Shown: one piece after another, positions 1 through 11,307 of the stretch
Numbering within the stretch: the stretch's first letter is position 1
Layout of the letters: each line of letters begins with the position of its first letter
From: Laetmonice hystrix
Taxonomy: Eukaryota
DNA length: 64,000 bases
Direction: 5' to 3'
Assembly: GCA_965235115.1 (NCBI GenBank)
Contig: OZ249437.1
Location: 30,628,001-30,692,000, forward strand
Notes under the pieces: generated by a model
Seen by the model: the letters and a program-made list of their open reading frames with translations, nothing else
The model's database searches: none
Told to the model about the DNA's origin: nothing
Program-made: the position numbers and the translations under genes

Positions 1-135
1 GGAAGCAACCACACTGTTAATCTAGAATCTAAAGCAACAAGTAGCCTATATTTCATAAAATAATAATAATTTCGGACTAAACGACTTCACCCCCCCCCCC
101 CCCCCCCCTTGAAAACAATCCCGGATCAGGCCCTG
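1..135. mobile_element. 3' half of a CAGGG...GGATC hAT-like MITE, same family as 7268-7509
   Basis: Shares the internal sequence (aatctagaatctaaagc..aagtagcct..tttcataaaata..aataatttcggact) and the terminal poly-C/ggatc..gccctg with the copy at 7268-7509. Confidence 0.8.
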
Positions 136-183
136 TCGACATGTAGGCCTAGGCCTAACTTTAAAACGTTTTACCGTTTACAG

Positions 184-3100
184 TTCGCCATGCAAACGGG
201 CCTGGACTACCTGTCGATGAGAGCATGGGTGTGCATTTGGGTGACGGTCACCGCGGTCGTAATGGTGGCTGTAGAGGGCTCATTCATCGTCCGTTATTTC
301 ACGAGGTTTACCGTGGAAATATTCTCAGCTCTGATTTCGCTCATCTTTATATACGAGGTCGTTTATAAGCTATTCAAGGTGAGCCCCCTTTGATAACTTC
401 CGTCACCACTGCATGGGAAACATATTTATCGTAGTTGCCACGAGATTGTATTGTTTAGCTTTATAGAGTAAAATACGGTAGGCCTATAGACGATTTCTTC
501 TTTATATCTCAGGTGCGTGTCCAGGGGGAGGGGTCGAAGAGCCCCCGATCTTTTTTGTAGGTTGATATTGAAGCACGGGTGCTCCTGATGTGAGGCTTTG
601 ACCTCCACATCGTTGCCCCCCCTCTCCCCGCGATATATCGTGCACGTACGCGCCTGTATTTATATACCTATAAAGTTTCTTTTCAGGAAGGGTAGGCCTA
701 TTTGGGGTAAGATCTTTTTTTCATATTCACAATTTATACGCCTTATTAAGTAAGGTATTTTCCCGTTTTTTATTTGCCCACCAGGTGTTCCTCAGTCACC
801 CCCTTCAACCGTACTACCCACATCCCCTTCCTAATGGAGTTGACAGTTCCGCAAATTCTTCCATGGATGTCACTGTGGACCCAAATCTCACTGAGGTCTC
901 AGGAGAGTCTTTGAGAAATCCAAGCATTGTAAACCAGCCAAACACTGCCTTCCTGACTGTGATTCTTACTCTCGGCACGTTTTCCATCGCCTACTTTCTC
1001 AAACAGTTCCGTTACAGAAAGTTACTTTGGAAGAGTGTAAGTTGCCCACGTAGACAAATATTTTATATTCTAAACTTGGTAAACTTTTTTGGTGGGAGAT
1101 AGCTGATCAATTTCCAACTTTTCAGGCACGCCGAATACTGACAGACTTTGGTATCCCTATAGCCATTGTGGTAATGGTACTTGTTGACTTCTTAATTAAA
1201 GATACATACACTGAGGTTGGTAATCATCCTTTTAAAAGCAAACACCCAATATCTCTCATTTCAATGACTCTAAAATGCAATGCAGACATGGGGTGATAGG
1301 TTAGATAAGGCTTTAGACTACATGTATATCGACAGAAATGGAGAAATCTATAATGAAATTAAACATTTCAGTTGCCTGTTTTCGCTATAAAGCGATCGTC
1401 TTATGGCTGGTTGTTGACAAAATCGTTGACCTGACATTGACTTGAACAGTCCATGAAATTCATCGGACGATGAACCGATGAATTTCATTGTTCAAGTCCC
1501 TGCCAGGTCAACAACCAGCCACTAGACGATCGCTTCATAGCGGCATCAGGGCCCTGAAATGTTGAATTTCATTAGGTTCATCCATTTCTATGGGTATACA
1601 TTTATTGATTTATGTAGTCTCAGGCCTTTTGAGTCATTGAAATGGGAGATAGTCGGTATTCGCTTATTATTATTACAAGTAATAGTATATATCTCCTGAT
1701 GGACCTAGAGAATGCAGTGCTTATTTAGGTTCCCAGCTGTTGATGCACATGGTATAATTTCTAGGCTTCTGTCGCCCAACTGACAATTTGACAGAGTAAA
1801 AAAGACGGTGACGACTGAATACATGCAGTGATGTTTTCAGAAACTTTACGTTCCGTCTGGTGGGATCAAACCAACCAACGCTGCAGTACGTGGTTGGTTC
1901 ATCAATCCGCTAGGGGTACAGGCTCCGTTACCAATCTGGGCCATGTTCGCATCAGTCATCCCTGCCTTACTCGTCTTCATCCTGATATTCATGTCACATA
2001 TGATAACGGCGTAGGTAATGTATGGGCACTACCCCAAGTGTCAATGAGCATGGCGTATAATATGCTAACCATTGTTTATACAAATGGTGCAGAGAGAATA
2101 TGAAAATAAAACTCATCAAAGGTGGGGACAAGCTCGAGTAGGCCACTTACCTGTAGAACAAGCTGATCCATATTTCAGTAGGAGTACATGGTTAGTATAG
2201 CAGAATTTCTCATGCCCAACTCCGAAGAAACCCCCTTAATTCCGTTACCATACACCAGTATTTCCAGTGTTCAAATACCCCAAACGACAAAAAATTATAT
2301 TTCTCTAAGACATTTATAATGCTTTACATTTTAATTGTATTGATACATTTAGAATTATAGTCTTTCAAAAGAACAAGAAGGGTACGGGATTCCACCTGGA
2401 CCTTCTGCTGATTGGTGCGTTTGCCACGTTGGCGGGCCTGATCGGTGCACCTCTCATGGGAATTGGTCTGGTGCGCTCCGTCTCCCACGTGTCCTCACTC
2501 AGCATCTTCAGTCAGACTCACGCTCCTGGAGAGAGGCCCAAGCTGACAGGTGTCTACGAACAGCGGCTGACGGGACTGGCAGTCCACATAATGATTGGTG
2601 AGATTGGAGGCCCAATTCTGATTATCTCAGCGATTCTGTCCATCTTGCTTCCAAAGTTTTACTGTTACACTCCCTCCATGGACACGGAGCTGTGGGGGGG
2701 GGGGGGGGGGGGTCAATGAGCGGGTCAATGAGCGGAGTGAGACAAGAATTACTAGGAGAGAAAAGTTGGAGCGAGTTAGGCTGTGATCAATGTTAGGCTG
2801 CCCTCTCCCCCAAATCCTCTGATGTAAGTTAACAGATCCTCTGATGTAAGTTAACAGAGTGCCCTGGTGCTATTTCCAGGTGTGTCCGTGTTGATGGGAC
2901 CACTGCTGAGACAGATCCCTCTGGCCGTCCTGTTTGGTGTCTTCTTGTACATGGGCATCGCCTCCATGCGTGGCGTGCAGCTTTTTGAACGAGTGGAGTT
3001 GCTCTTCATGCCAAGGAAGCACCACCCTGACGTGTGCTATGTGAAACAGGTATAATGGAAGACTGTTTACCACCTCTGCTCAGGCACGGATACAATATGG

Positions 3101-4064
3101 GGGGGGGGGGGCGCTGGGGGTTTAAGCTCCTCCCTAGCTTGATCAATTTCGAATATTGGGGGGGGGGGGGGGGGAATGACCCCAGATCCCCAAAAGCGCA
3201 CCATATATACGGTGACGACAACTCTATGATCTCGCCACTCACCCAGTTTTGAAATCTGCTATTGTTTGGAGTTCTATGAAGGTCACTTTTGTAAGCTGAT
3301 CTTTTGAACTTCTCTGCATGAAAAATGTCTTCTTGCAGGTGAAAACTTACAAGATGCACATCTACACTTTGATTCAAGTGATCTGTCTTGCTGTGCTCTG
3401 GGCGGTCAAGTCAACAAAAGCCGCTCTAAGCTTTCCGTTTCTCCTGGTCCTATTGGTTCCACTCCGTCGTTACCTACTCCCAAAGATTTTCAGTGAATTG
3501 GAACTTCTCAATGTAAGCTGTTCTGTGACATTCCAAATTCAGGTATTTTTAACGGGCATCAGTCAATCCATACTGCGCGCACAAACGCAGTGCAGTTAAA
3601 AATACGAGACTATAGCTGGGAACTAATATTGTCTGTAAAGTTCTGGAAATTTGTTCAAAGTACATGGTGCCTGCCCTATACAAGCCACTCTTTGTATAAC
3701 AATGCATGCCTAGACATTTGGAAGACGTTCTTTTAGGCCTTTCTTCAAATTTAAGGTTTTTAAGAAATCTTTATTTTTAGATTTGACGCAAGCGCTCTAT
3801 TTCGTTGTATCTATAATGGCCTAGGGCAGGTTAGTTAGACAAGTCAAACCCCTAGTCAGTTCTCCGCAGTTATCGGAGAACTGACTATAGGGTGCCGATT
3901 TGTCTAACCAAAGGGCAGGTAGGCCTACCCCAGGACCTGCTCTTGGAACCCCGCCTGTTAGGCCTATAGTGATACAGCCGAATATTAATCTATTTATTTT
4001 CTAGCTGGACCGCAATGATGAAAACAGCAAGGTCGTTACTGACACCAAGGATGAACCAGATTGA
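184..4064 (+). CDS. SLC4 anion-exchanger family paralog 'SLC4-A'; 3' part only (TM4 to C-terminus), 5' exons lie left of the window
   Basis: Eight phase-consistent AG/GT exons: 184-378, 785-1036, 1126-1215, 1841-2010, 2353-2597, 2880-3049, 3339-3512, 4005-4064 (TGA at 4062-4064). Translation carries SLC4 membrane-domain motifs ([76 protein letters not shown]). Exon boundaries and phases match SLC4-B. Confidence 0.95.
1322..1601. mobile_element. Palindromic MITE in an SLC4-A intron
   Basis: Long imperfect inverted repeat (gctataaagcgatcgtc..tggctggttgttgac / gtcaacaaccagcca..gacgatcgcttcatagc) with a central perfect 14-bp stem atgaaattcatcgg/ccgatgaatttcat. Confidence 0.75.
2815..2858 (+). 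repeat. 22-nt minisatellite, 2 copies (TCCTCTGATGTAAGTTAACAGA)
   Basis: Two exact tandem units about 20 nt upstream of the 2880 acceptor; the same unit occurs 5 times at the homologous position in SLC4-B. Confidence 0.95.
3834..3908. repeat. Short palindromic hairpin element
   Basis: 14-bp stem tagtcagttctccg/cggagaactgacta with a 7-nt loop, plus an outer gttagacaa/ttgtctaac pair. Confidence 0.7.
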
Positions 4065-4601
4065 TTGCCACAACAGAACATTTGGCTGTTTGAGGTACCT
4101 ACTAAATACCAGGGGCGTTTGTTGATGTATACGCACCAGATGTGAACCACAGAAATCACCGCGTTGTGGGATGTTGATCAACAAACGAGCAATGTATGAC
4201 CACTCTATGCCTCGTCCCACTTATATCCTCATGGCGAGGGGTCACTGAGGTGTGTATTTGTTACGAGGGAAACAATGTGTAGGCCTACGCCCGGGCGTCT
4301 TGGCGTACGGCTCGGTTGTATAATACTTTGCAGTTATGAAGAACACACTAGCATTGGTACATCAGCGCTAGCTATCTTACTGGCCACACTTTCGCCTATG
4401 CATATCATGTGGTCTGCGGCGACACGTATGGCATTATAACCTTTGCAAAATTAAAGAATGTATATATTTGTATTCCATGTTTAAAAGTATGTGTGACCGT
4501 GATGTGCAATGCTTTAATACTATACACACATTGTACATGGACAGACTGGAGAGACACCAACGTTCAGTTTGAAATAACATTTTAATAATCTGTTTTGCCA
4601 T

Positions 4602-4793
4602 TAATACCGTTGACACACCAAAAACTTGTTTTTTCAATGCGCTTCGATGCGTATTGAATCCACATATGGATGTGGTTTGGGTTCATTGCGATTCAATGCG
4701 CATTGGGAACCGTGTTGGGTGTGTCACGAGCCGTATCACTGCGATTTGAAGCGATTTGAAGCGCATTGCAGCGTCGGTGTGTCAACGGTATTA
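4602..4793. mobile_element. MITE with perfect 18-bp TIRs (terminal TA included, probably a TA TSD)
   Basis: taataccgttgacacacc (4602-4619) and ggtgtgtcaacggtatta (4776-4793), with palindromic internal motifs. Confidence 0.85.
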
Positions 4794-4824
4794 GTGTTTT
4801 GTAGGGTAGCCGCACGTGACCGAA

Positions 4825-5070
4825 CTATGTGCTGTCATCCTTCAGTACCCTGAGAAGACGTCGATCTTCTCTCGCTGTGGTTTTTCTCGGCCGACCACTT
4901 CTATAAAACTTTCTCTTCTCTGCAGTTTCTTGGTACCTCGCCCATACCAGATAAACTATTTGGCGGTAGCAGTGAAACCGTCTGGCAATATTTTGGGCCG
5001 AAACACCTTCCTCTCTGAGGCAGATGATTTCTCGCCGTTCTGCATTTGTAAGATCTCGTACTTTTGGCAT
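4825..5070 (-). mobile_element. Tc1/mariner transposase N-terminal fragment (HTH plus GRPRK linker), degenerate
   Basis: MPKVRDLTNAERREIICLREEGVSAQNIARRFHC...RSGRPRKTTAREDRRLLR is the typical Tc1 DNA-binding region. It stops early and no DDE domain is visible. Confidence 0.85.
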
Positions 5071-7267
5071 GGTGACACAAAAGCGAACGTCCTTCTGCAC
5101 AATGACTTTCCATACTACTGTAACTTTTATAGCCTACAACAAACCTCCACATCTAATATGTAATGTGAAACTGAGAGGACACGGTTGAATGTGCGCTTCT
5201 AACGAGGGCATGTTGCAATACTTTATACAGCGAGTGTATACATCATGTATAATGTTTATGCCACGATATAAACATGCAAGACTGCATGAAATTATATAGG
5301 CATACGGCCTATGTTTAATTCTTACACATTTAGGCCTCTATGCGTGATGTAGAACGTAGTTATTTTCGATATTATTTCTATTCATGGTATTCGTGTGACA
5401 TTCAATAATAAATATTTTTTGTAGTCATTGTTTAAAATTATGTTTGATGTTATACCAATTGTTATAGGTGACACTCAATCATATATGTGATGCAGATATG
5501 TCTAAGGTCAAAGGTCAAAATATCTAGGGGAACAAATGAATTCGGTCCCTGCCTAGTTTTGATAGCTCAACAGTTTCTATAAACTGCCCATATGCATCTT
5601 GAAAACGACTCAATAACGTTACTCAGAACACGAATGACGTCATAACATTCTGACGTTACGTCATGTCTGAGTTGATTAGGTATTATCAACACATCTACCA
5701 AGTTTGACTTTAGATAGGCCTACCTTGAAAAACGATCGAGTGACGACCCCTGTTTACTACTATGCCTACGATACCGTACGATTTCAAGATCCGATTCCTC
5801 TTGATGGGGGAATGAGATAATTATTTTACTTCTAGGTCCTGCTAGTTGCTGACCGGTCGTGAAATAATTGATAGACAGTGGTTAAGGTACTACTTTAGGC
5901 CTATTGATGGCTTCCTTACGGGGAAGGACAGAGGTCCTATTTACATAACTTTTTCGTGTGGCCATTCTTCAGCTATCGATGTCTCAGTTTACGAGACAAG
6001 TAATCAGCCCCTCTGGGAGATTAGGGATAGAAGAGGGATTTTATTCTTGAGCGAGCAAATCAATACACCGAAATGTCAGTATAGAAGCATTGGCGAGAAG
6101 AAAGTGTCGAGCTGCAGATAAGAATAATATGTTTCAAATCTTTTATTGTAAAACATCTGTGATACAAAATGTAATCTACAGGCAAATAACTCAATAAAGC
6201 CACCTTATACACCCTTAAGAAAAGCATCATGGTTTTTCGCATGTGCCAATGAAGCGGGTACACAGCTATACGAAGACAACAAATATATTTTTATGCAAAA
6301 ACTGTAGCCAACAGGAAAACAATAAGTACATAAATAACAAGACGATATCAGCTTCTGTAATCTAATATATTGTAAGTTTTACCATGTAATACTGTAAGAG
6401 TCCAGTCTTATATCTGGAGTATACCTAGCACTGGTAAATTTACGGATCACCCCCCCCCCCCCCCCCCGGCGCCGTTTGCTTGGACGATATGAATTAACCC
6501 CCGCCCCATTCCCACTGCCTTCAGCAAAGACCCTGTATGCAACTTTCTTTTTTGTTGCCACATATCGCTCGGACCACGACCATTGTCAAATTTAAGCGTC
6601 ACGTTTAAAAGAATGTCAATATGACTGACCATATTCACATAATCTCAGCAAGAGGTATGCTATACGATAGCTATACATTATATACTAGCTACCTTTTAAT
6701 AGTCTATAAGTCGTAGCATCAAGTCTTACCAAGTCACAATAAGTGACAATGTATACTATACTGTCAGCAGTCGAGGGCTAACCTGGCATTCATTTGGGGC
6801 CTGATACATTATGTACAGTGTGTATTGTCTCTAAAACAAGTTATGCAGGTTGGTAGGTTTAATAACATTCATTTTCAATCACAAAATATGAAAAGAAAAA
6901 CTAGCAAAAGTTTAATTTTATAAACCACCGGAATAGGGAAAAGGCCTGTATTGACGAGTAAACGAAAATGTGCGGGTAATATAAGTTTTATGTGCCTATA
7001 ACTGCGGCTGTTATCGCTACTCAGGTTCTGTTCATCCTGTATCTTATACTGAACCTTTGAAAAATCTCAGCGAGCTCAGTCATGCGACTACTACAGCTGT
7101 CGTCTGCTACATCCGTTTGTATTGGTTGCAATGTTACACCGTTTATCATCATTATCCTGTACTTGTATAAACTTAAGATGATAACGGTCCTGCGGAGCTA
7201 AATCGTAACGAGGTTAGGCTGTAGCTGAATCCTCAATTTTCTGCCCGGTCGAAGAAGGGTTTCATAG

Positions 7268-7509
7268 CAGGGCCGGATCCGGGGGGGGGGGGGGGGGGTG
7301 TGCAACCCCCCTTAGAAATCCCAAAAAAAAAGAAAGAAAAAAGGTAACGAAGATGTCAAATGTTCGTCCTCCAGCCCAGGAACCACAGTGAAAATCTAGA
7401 ATCTAAAGCGATAAGTAGCCTAACGTTATATATTTCATAAAATAACAATAATTTCGGACTTGACAACTGCACCCCCCCCCCCTTAAAAAAAATCCTGGAT
7501 CCGGCCCTG
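7268..7509. mobile_element. hAT-like MITE with a 5-bp TSD (CATAG)
   Basis: TIR cagggccggatcc/ggatccggccctg; CATAG at 7263-7267 and 7510-7514. Confidence 0.85.
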
Positions 7510-7791
7510 CATAGTATACGGCCTCTTGGGGACATAAGTGTAAAAAAAGTTATACATACTTCGTTCCCGCGAAATCATTTCGAGGGAACGAATTGTGTTA
7601 TTTCATTCCCACAAAATTCGTGGTAACGACATAACCTAGGCATATTCCGTTCCGGCGAAATTATTTACTTCCAAAATTATTTCGTGAAAATGAAATATAT
7701 TATTTCGTTACGTCGAAAAGATTTTGCTATTTCTTTCCCTCAAAATCATTTCAGTTTTAATGGACTATCTTATCCAGACTCTTTAGGAAAG

Positions 7792-9771
7792 TTATTGTAC
7801 TCCTGCTAGGGATTCTTCCTCGGGAGGAAAGGAAGACGGTTCTATGTAGACGGTGATTGGAACTGCTAGACCATCATCTGGCTGTTGTTCGGTGACGTCA
7901 TCTCGTTCCTCCCTGTACGGTTCAACCAGCCCCTGTGTATCGCTGTTTAACTGCGCCTGCGCGGTATTCAGCTTCCAATCAAATGCTTTATAAGCTAACG
8001 TCCAAAGCGCCGACCGGGACGAACGCAGACTTGACATAATGAAAAACGTCATGCTTGGAGAACATGAACGAGCTTCTTTGGCATTTAAATAGACGAACCG
8101 GCATCGTACAATTAAAGTAAGCACACAAATCACAAACACCACCATGACTGATATGAGCAAGACTTCGATGAACCTGCAAGGTCCGGGGCGCTGTAGGAAT
8201 ATTTGGCCGAAATGGTCCGAATTATAGAAGCACTGGAAATAGGAATGCATACTTTGCATCTTGGTACTAAATTCAAAGGCAGCCTGTAGATTTTCTGGAT
8301 AAATGCCCACACACACGTCGAGGGAGCACTGAAACAAAGAAACGAGTATTAACAGCGATCATTAACAGTTCACCGTCTGTTCAAAGTGGAAAAGTGAGCT
8401 TAAATGCAACCACCCTCGTTTCCTTATGAAGGCTATTGTAAGCAGGCGTATAGCGTGCACTGAGGATCCACCCTGGCGCCCCCATCAAACCATTCTTCGT
8501 CCACGCCTACACCCGCACTGTTTAGAAATGCAATGTATAAAACGCCATGAGCCAGGGCGTATGCCTACCTGTGGCTGATCTGATAATATTTCTTGACTGT
8601 TGGATATGTCTGGGTGTATGACCCCAATTCGATCTTTACCACTTCCATCTTTGTACTGCACTATGATGCGTATGCAGGTGTATGTTTGGTTCATGCATAT
8701 CTCTGCGGACCTAGAAGTGAGAGATAATGATGAAAACACCAAATCTTATCAGTGTTAAACCAATGCTGAAAAATAGGTTGATACAATGTAACACGGACCA
8801 ATCCTGTAAAAATTTAGAGCAATAAGCGCAGATCCATCAAGGGCGCCGTTGCCGGGGGGGGGGGGGGGTTGCGGTTCCACCCTTTCCAGCCTTAAACAGT
8901 GGCGGATCCAGGATTCACCCAGGGCGCGGGGGCACACCATTGGCATTGCTGCCAGAAGCTCAAAAATAGTTGGGGTGGGGGAGGCAATTGAAATCGTGTT
9001 AGGGGCACTGTCCACTACGGCCATGCGATTTTTTTTATTTATGCTAATGGTGGAATTTCACTCTGTCTCTCTGTTAAAGGTCCGTAAACTCATTGTCATT
9101 GAACCTACCGGACGCGTCATTCCCGCTTTCCTTTTTATCATAGTTACACGCATGGCTGAATACGGCTGCGTTGGAAAATGCCACCCGATGTTTTTGAGTG
9201 CGACTACCCGTTTCAACCCTAACCTGCCCGACCTACTTTCCTCATTGCGGTTCTCATCTCTGATAGCATCTAGCCTACCATACATCTAGTTATTCTGAAA
9301 GAATCATTTCATATGCGATAGTGTCTAGGCCATGTGATGTTTAACAGAAGACTGCAGGGGCCTTTCCCTTCTAAGACTGCAGCTTTATACATTGTCCTAT
9401 ATCTGAGTGCAGTCGATCTATCTGTAGGCAGTGTATAGCAAGACCATGCACATTTTAATCCCGGTTTATCTGTTCTAAAGCGCCACTGCATTCGTTTCTT
9501 GCTGCTGATCACTATAATTGATGACCGTGGTTTCGGCAGGTAATACATACCCAGCGGCGGCCAGCGTGCTCACTGGACACATTTGGCAGTTAACTGAGCT
9601 GCTGTTGTCAACGTAACTGAAGGCGCAGTGCGTCCATCGGTAGGCTTGGTTGTGGTGCCATTGTGCCATTGTCATCCCGCTTGCAATGACCGCTGCCATC
9701 AGGCAGACGAAACCAAGCACGGCAACGCAGCAATCTCCCCACGCCCCACTGTCTTTGCTGAAGCAAGCCAT
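7792..9771 (-). CDS. KCNMB (BK channel beta subunit)/CaKB-domain-like two-TM protein, 299 aa
   Basis: Exons 9771-9551, 8710-8569 and 8328-7792 join in phase (900 nt). TM1 (CCVAVLGFVCLMAAVIASGMTM) is followed by a Cys-rich loop (THC..NCQMC..C..YTCIRIIV..QCSLDVC..FQCFYN) and TM2 (FIEVLLISVMVVFVICVLTLIV), matching the KCNMB2/4-style cysteine layout. Confidence 0.75.
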
Positions 9772-11307
9772 TTCCACGTCCTCCTACCCCAGGTGACATC
9801 CCTATCCGTGTCAAGTCGAAATGATCATAGAGGCTGCAGGCCTAGGGCGACTCTTGACCATGCAACCTCACCGATAGCCTATAATCCGTGGATGGAAGAC
9901 GCGATGTGACCAACCCCCACCGTCGAAGTAACCCCAATAGGTGTCGCCAATATTTGCCCCACTAACAGATTCCAGACTGCAGACAAGCAGGCAGATGGTC
10001 TGCAACAGATCCGAACCGCTCTGGTGAAAATAGGTCATGCTATAATAGGTACGATCACCAGTGCGTGAACGAGGCACCTCCCAGTTGCATACCTACTTTT
10101 TACAGGTCAATCCTCGTTTAATGGGTTTGTTTGATCTTCTGACGGTTATAAAACGAGATTCGATGCTGTGCCCCTATATCCGCCTACAAGATATGACCAC
10201 TTCACCTAGTGCTGTACGATAGGTGTACGATAAAGGTTTCATAATTCTATAAATATGCTTATATAATAACCACATAAATCATCCAGTATGTAGGCCGTGT
10301 ATGCATTTATACAAGCACGACATAATGTCTAGTACATGTATCCCACATGTTCGGCAGTGTATGACCTTTTTGACTGCCACTAACGGCTGAGGAGATCTGA
10401 TGAGCGTTCCCCTGAAACACCTAAGGACACGAACATAATCTCACTACTATTTTATTTATTCATTCATTTCTCTTCCTTTTTCCCCTGAATTTCTCATCAA
10501 TTCCCGTAATTTCCGAATGTGCGTGAGACCAGACTGAGATAACTGGCGGCATCATCACCGACGCCGCGGCGGACGCTGGCTTCCAGCGCCTGCTCGCCAT
10601 TCGGAATAGGGCCTACACAATGTTTATTAAACTAGGGTGTCAAACTCCATGCTTGTCCTCCCGTCACTTGAAAAAACAGTGAATTGAAAAATGCATAGAC
10701 CTACCCCTAAACCTTTGGCCGGCCAACACATATTGGGTGCTGTCGAAGGTGTGTACAAAAAAATGTATATTTGAAGTTTAAGAGGGGCTATACCAGCTGA
10801 GCAGAAACAGGGTTATATATAATTTGGTTATATGGTAAATGTACACACGTACATGTATTATGTTTATAACTCCTTACAACTTCAGAACACTAGACCTCAG
10901 TTCGACAGAGAAAATATATTTTAACTTAAAGTGAATATAATGTCGCAATTTCATTGTAATGCAGCCGGGTTTTTGTACCCGTTGTCACACAAACTCGGGC
11001 ACACGAACCACATCCTAGCATGGTGTCACAAGGCTTTTGCACAACTAACAAACAAAAAGGTGGCAGGTTCCACATTTCAGTTTTTACTAGAAATGCTACC
11101 AAATCTTTCTTGAGACCTTGTCGTTATCACCTTTTATATATGTAATGAAATCATCTTGTAGAATTATGACAATTACAATAGAATGCACAAAATACTGCAA
11201 ATTCAGGTGATACTAAGAAAAAAGGGGTTCCTCGCTGTTATGAGGTTTGTAATATGACCATAAAAGTTTTGTCTTTATTGTCATGTCTTCAAGACCGTTT
11301 TCTTCAA

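Noticed and set aside
184-4064. SLC4-A as a pseudogene
   Set aside because: All eight visible exons are open, phase-matched and have canonical splice sites; divergent exons show many synonymous changes. Only the last 9 residues are lost. The 5' part is outside the window, so this cannot be fully excluded.
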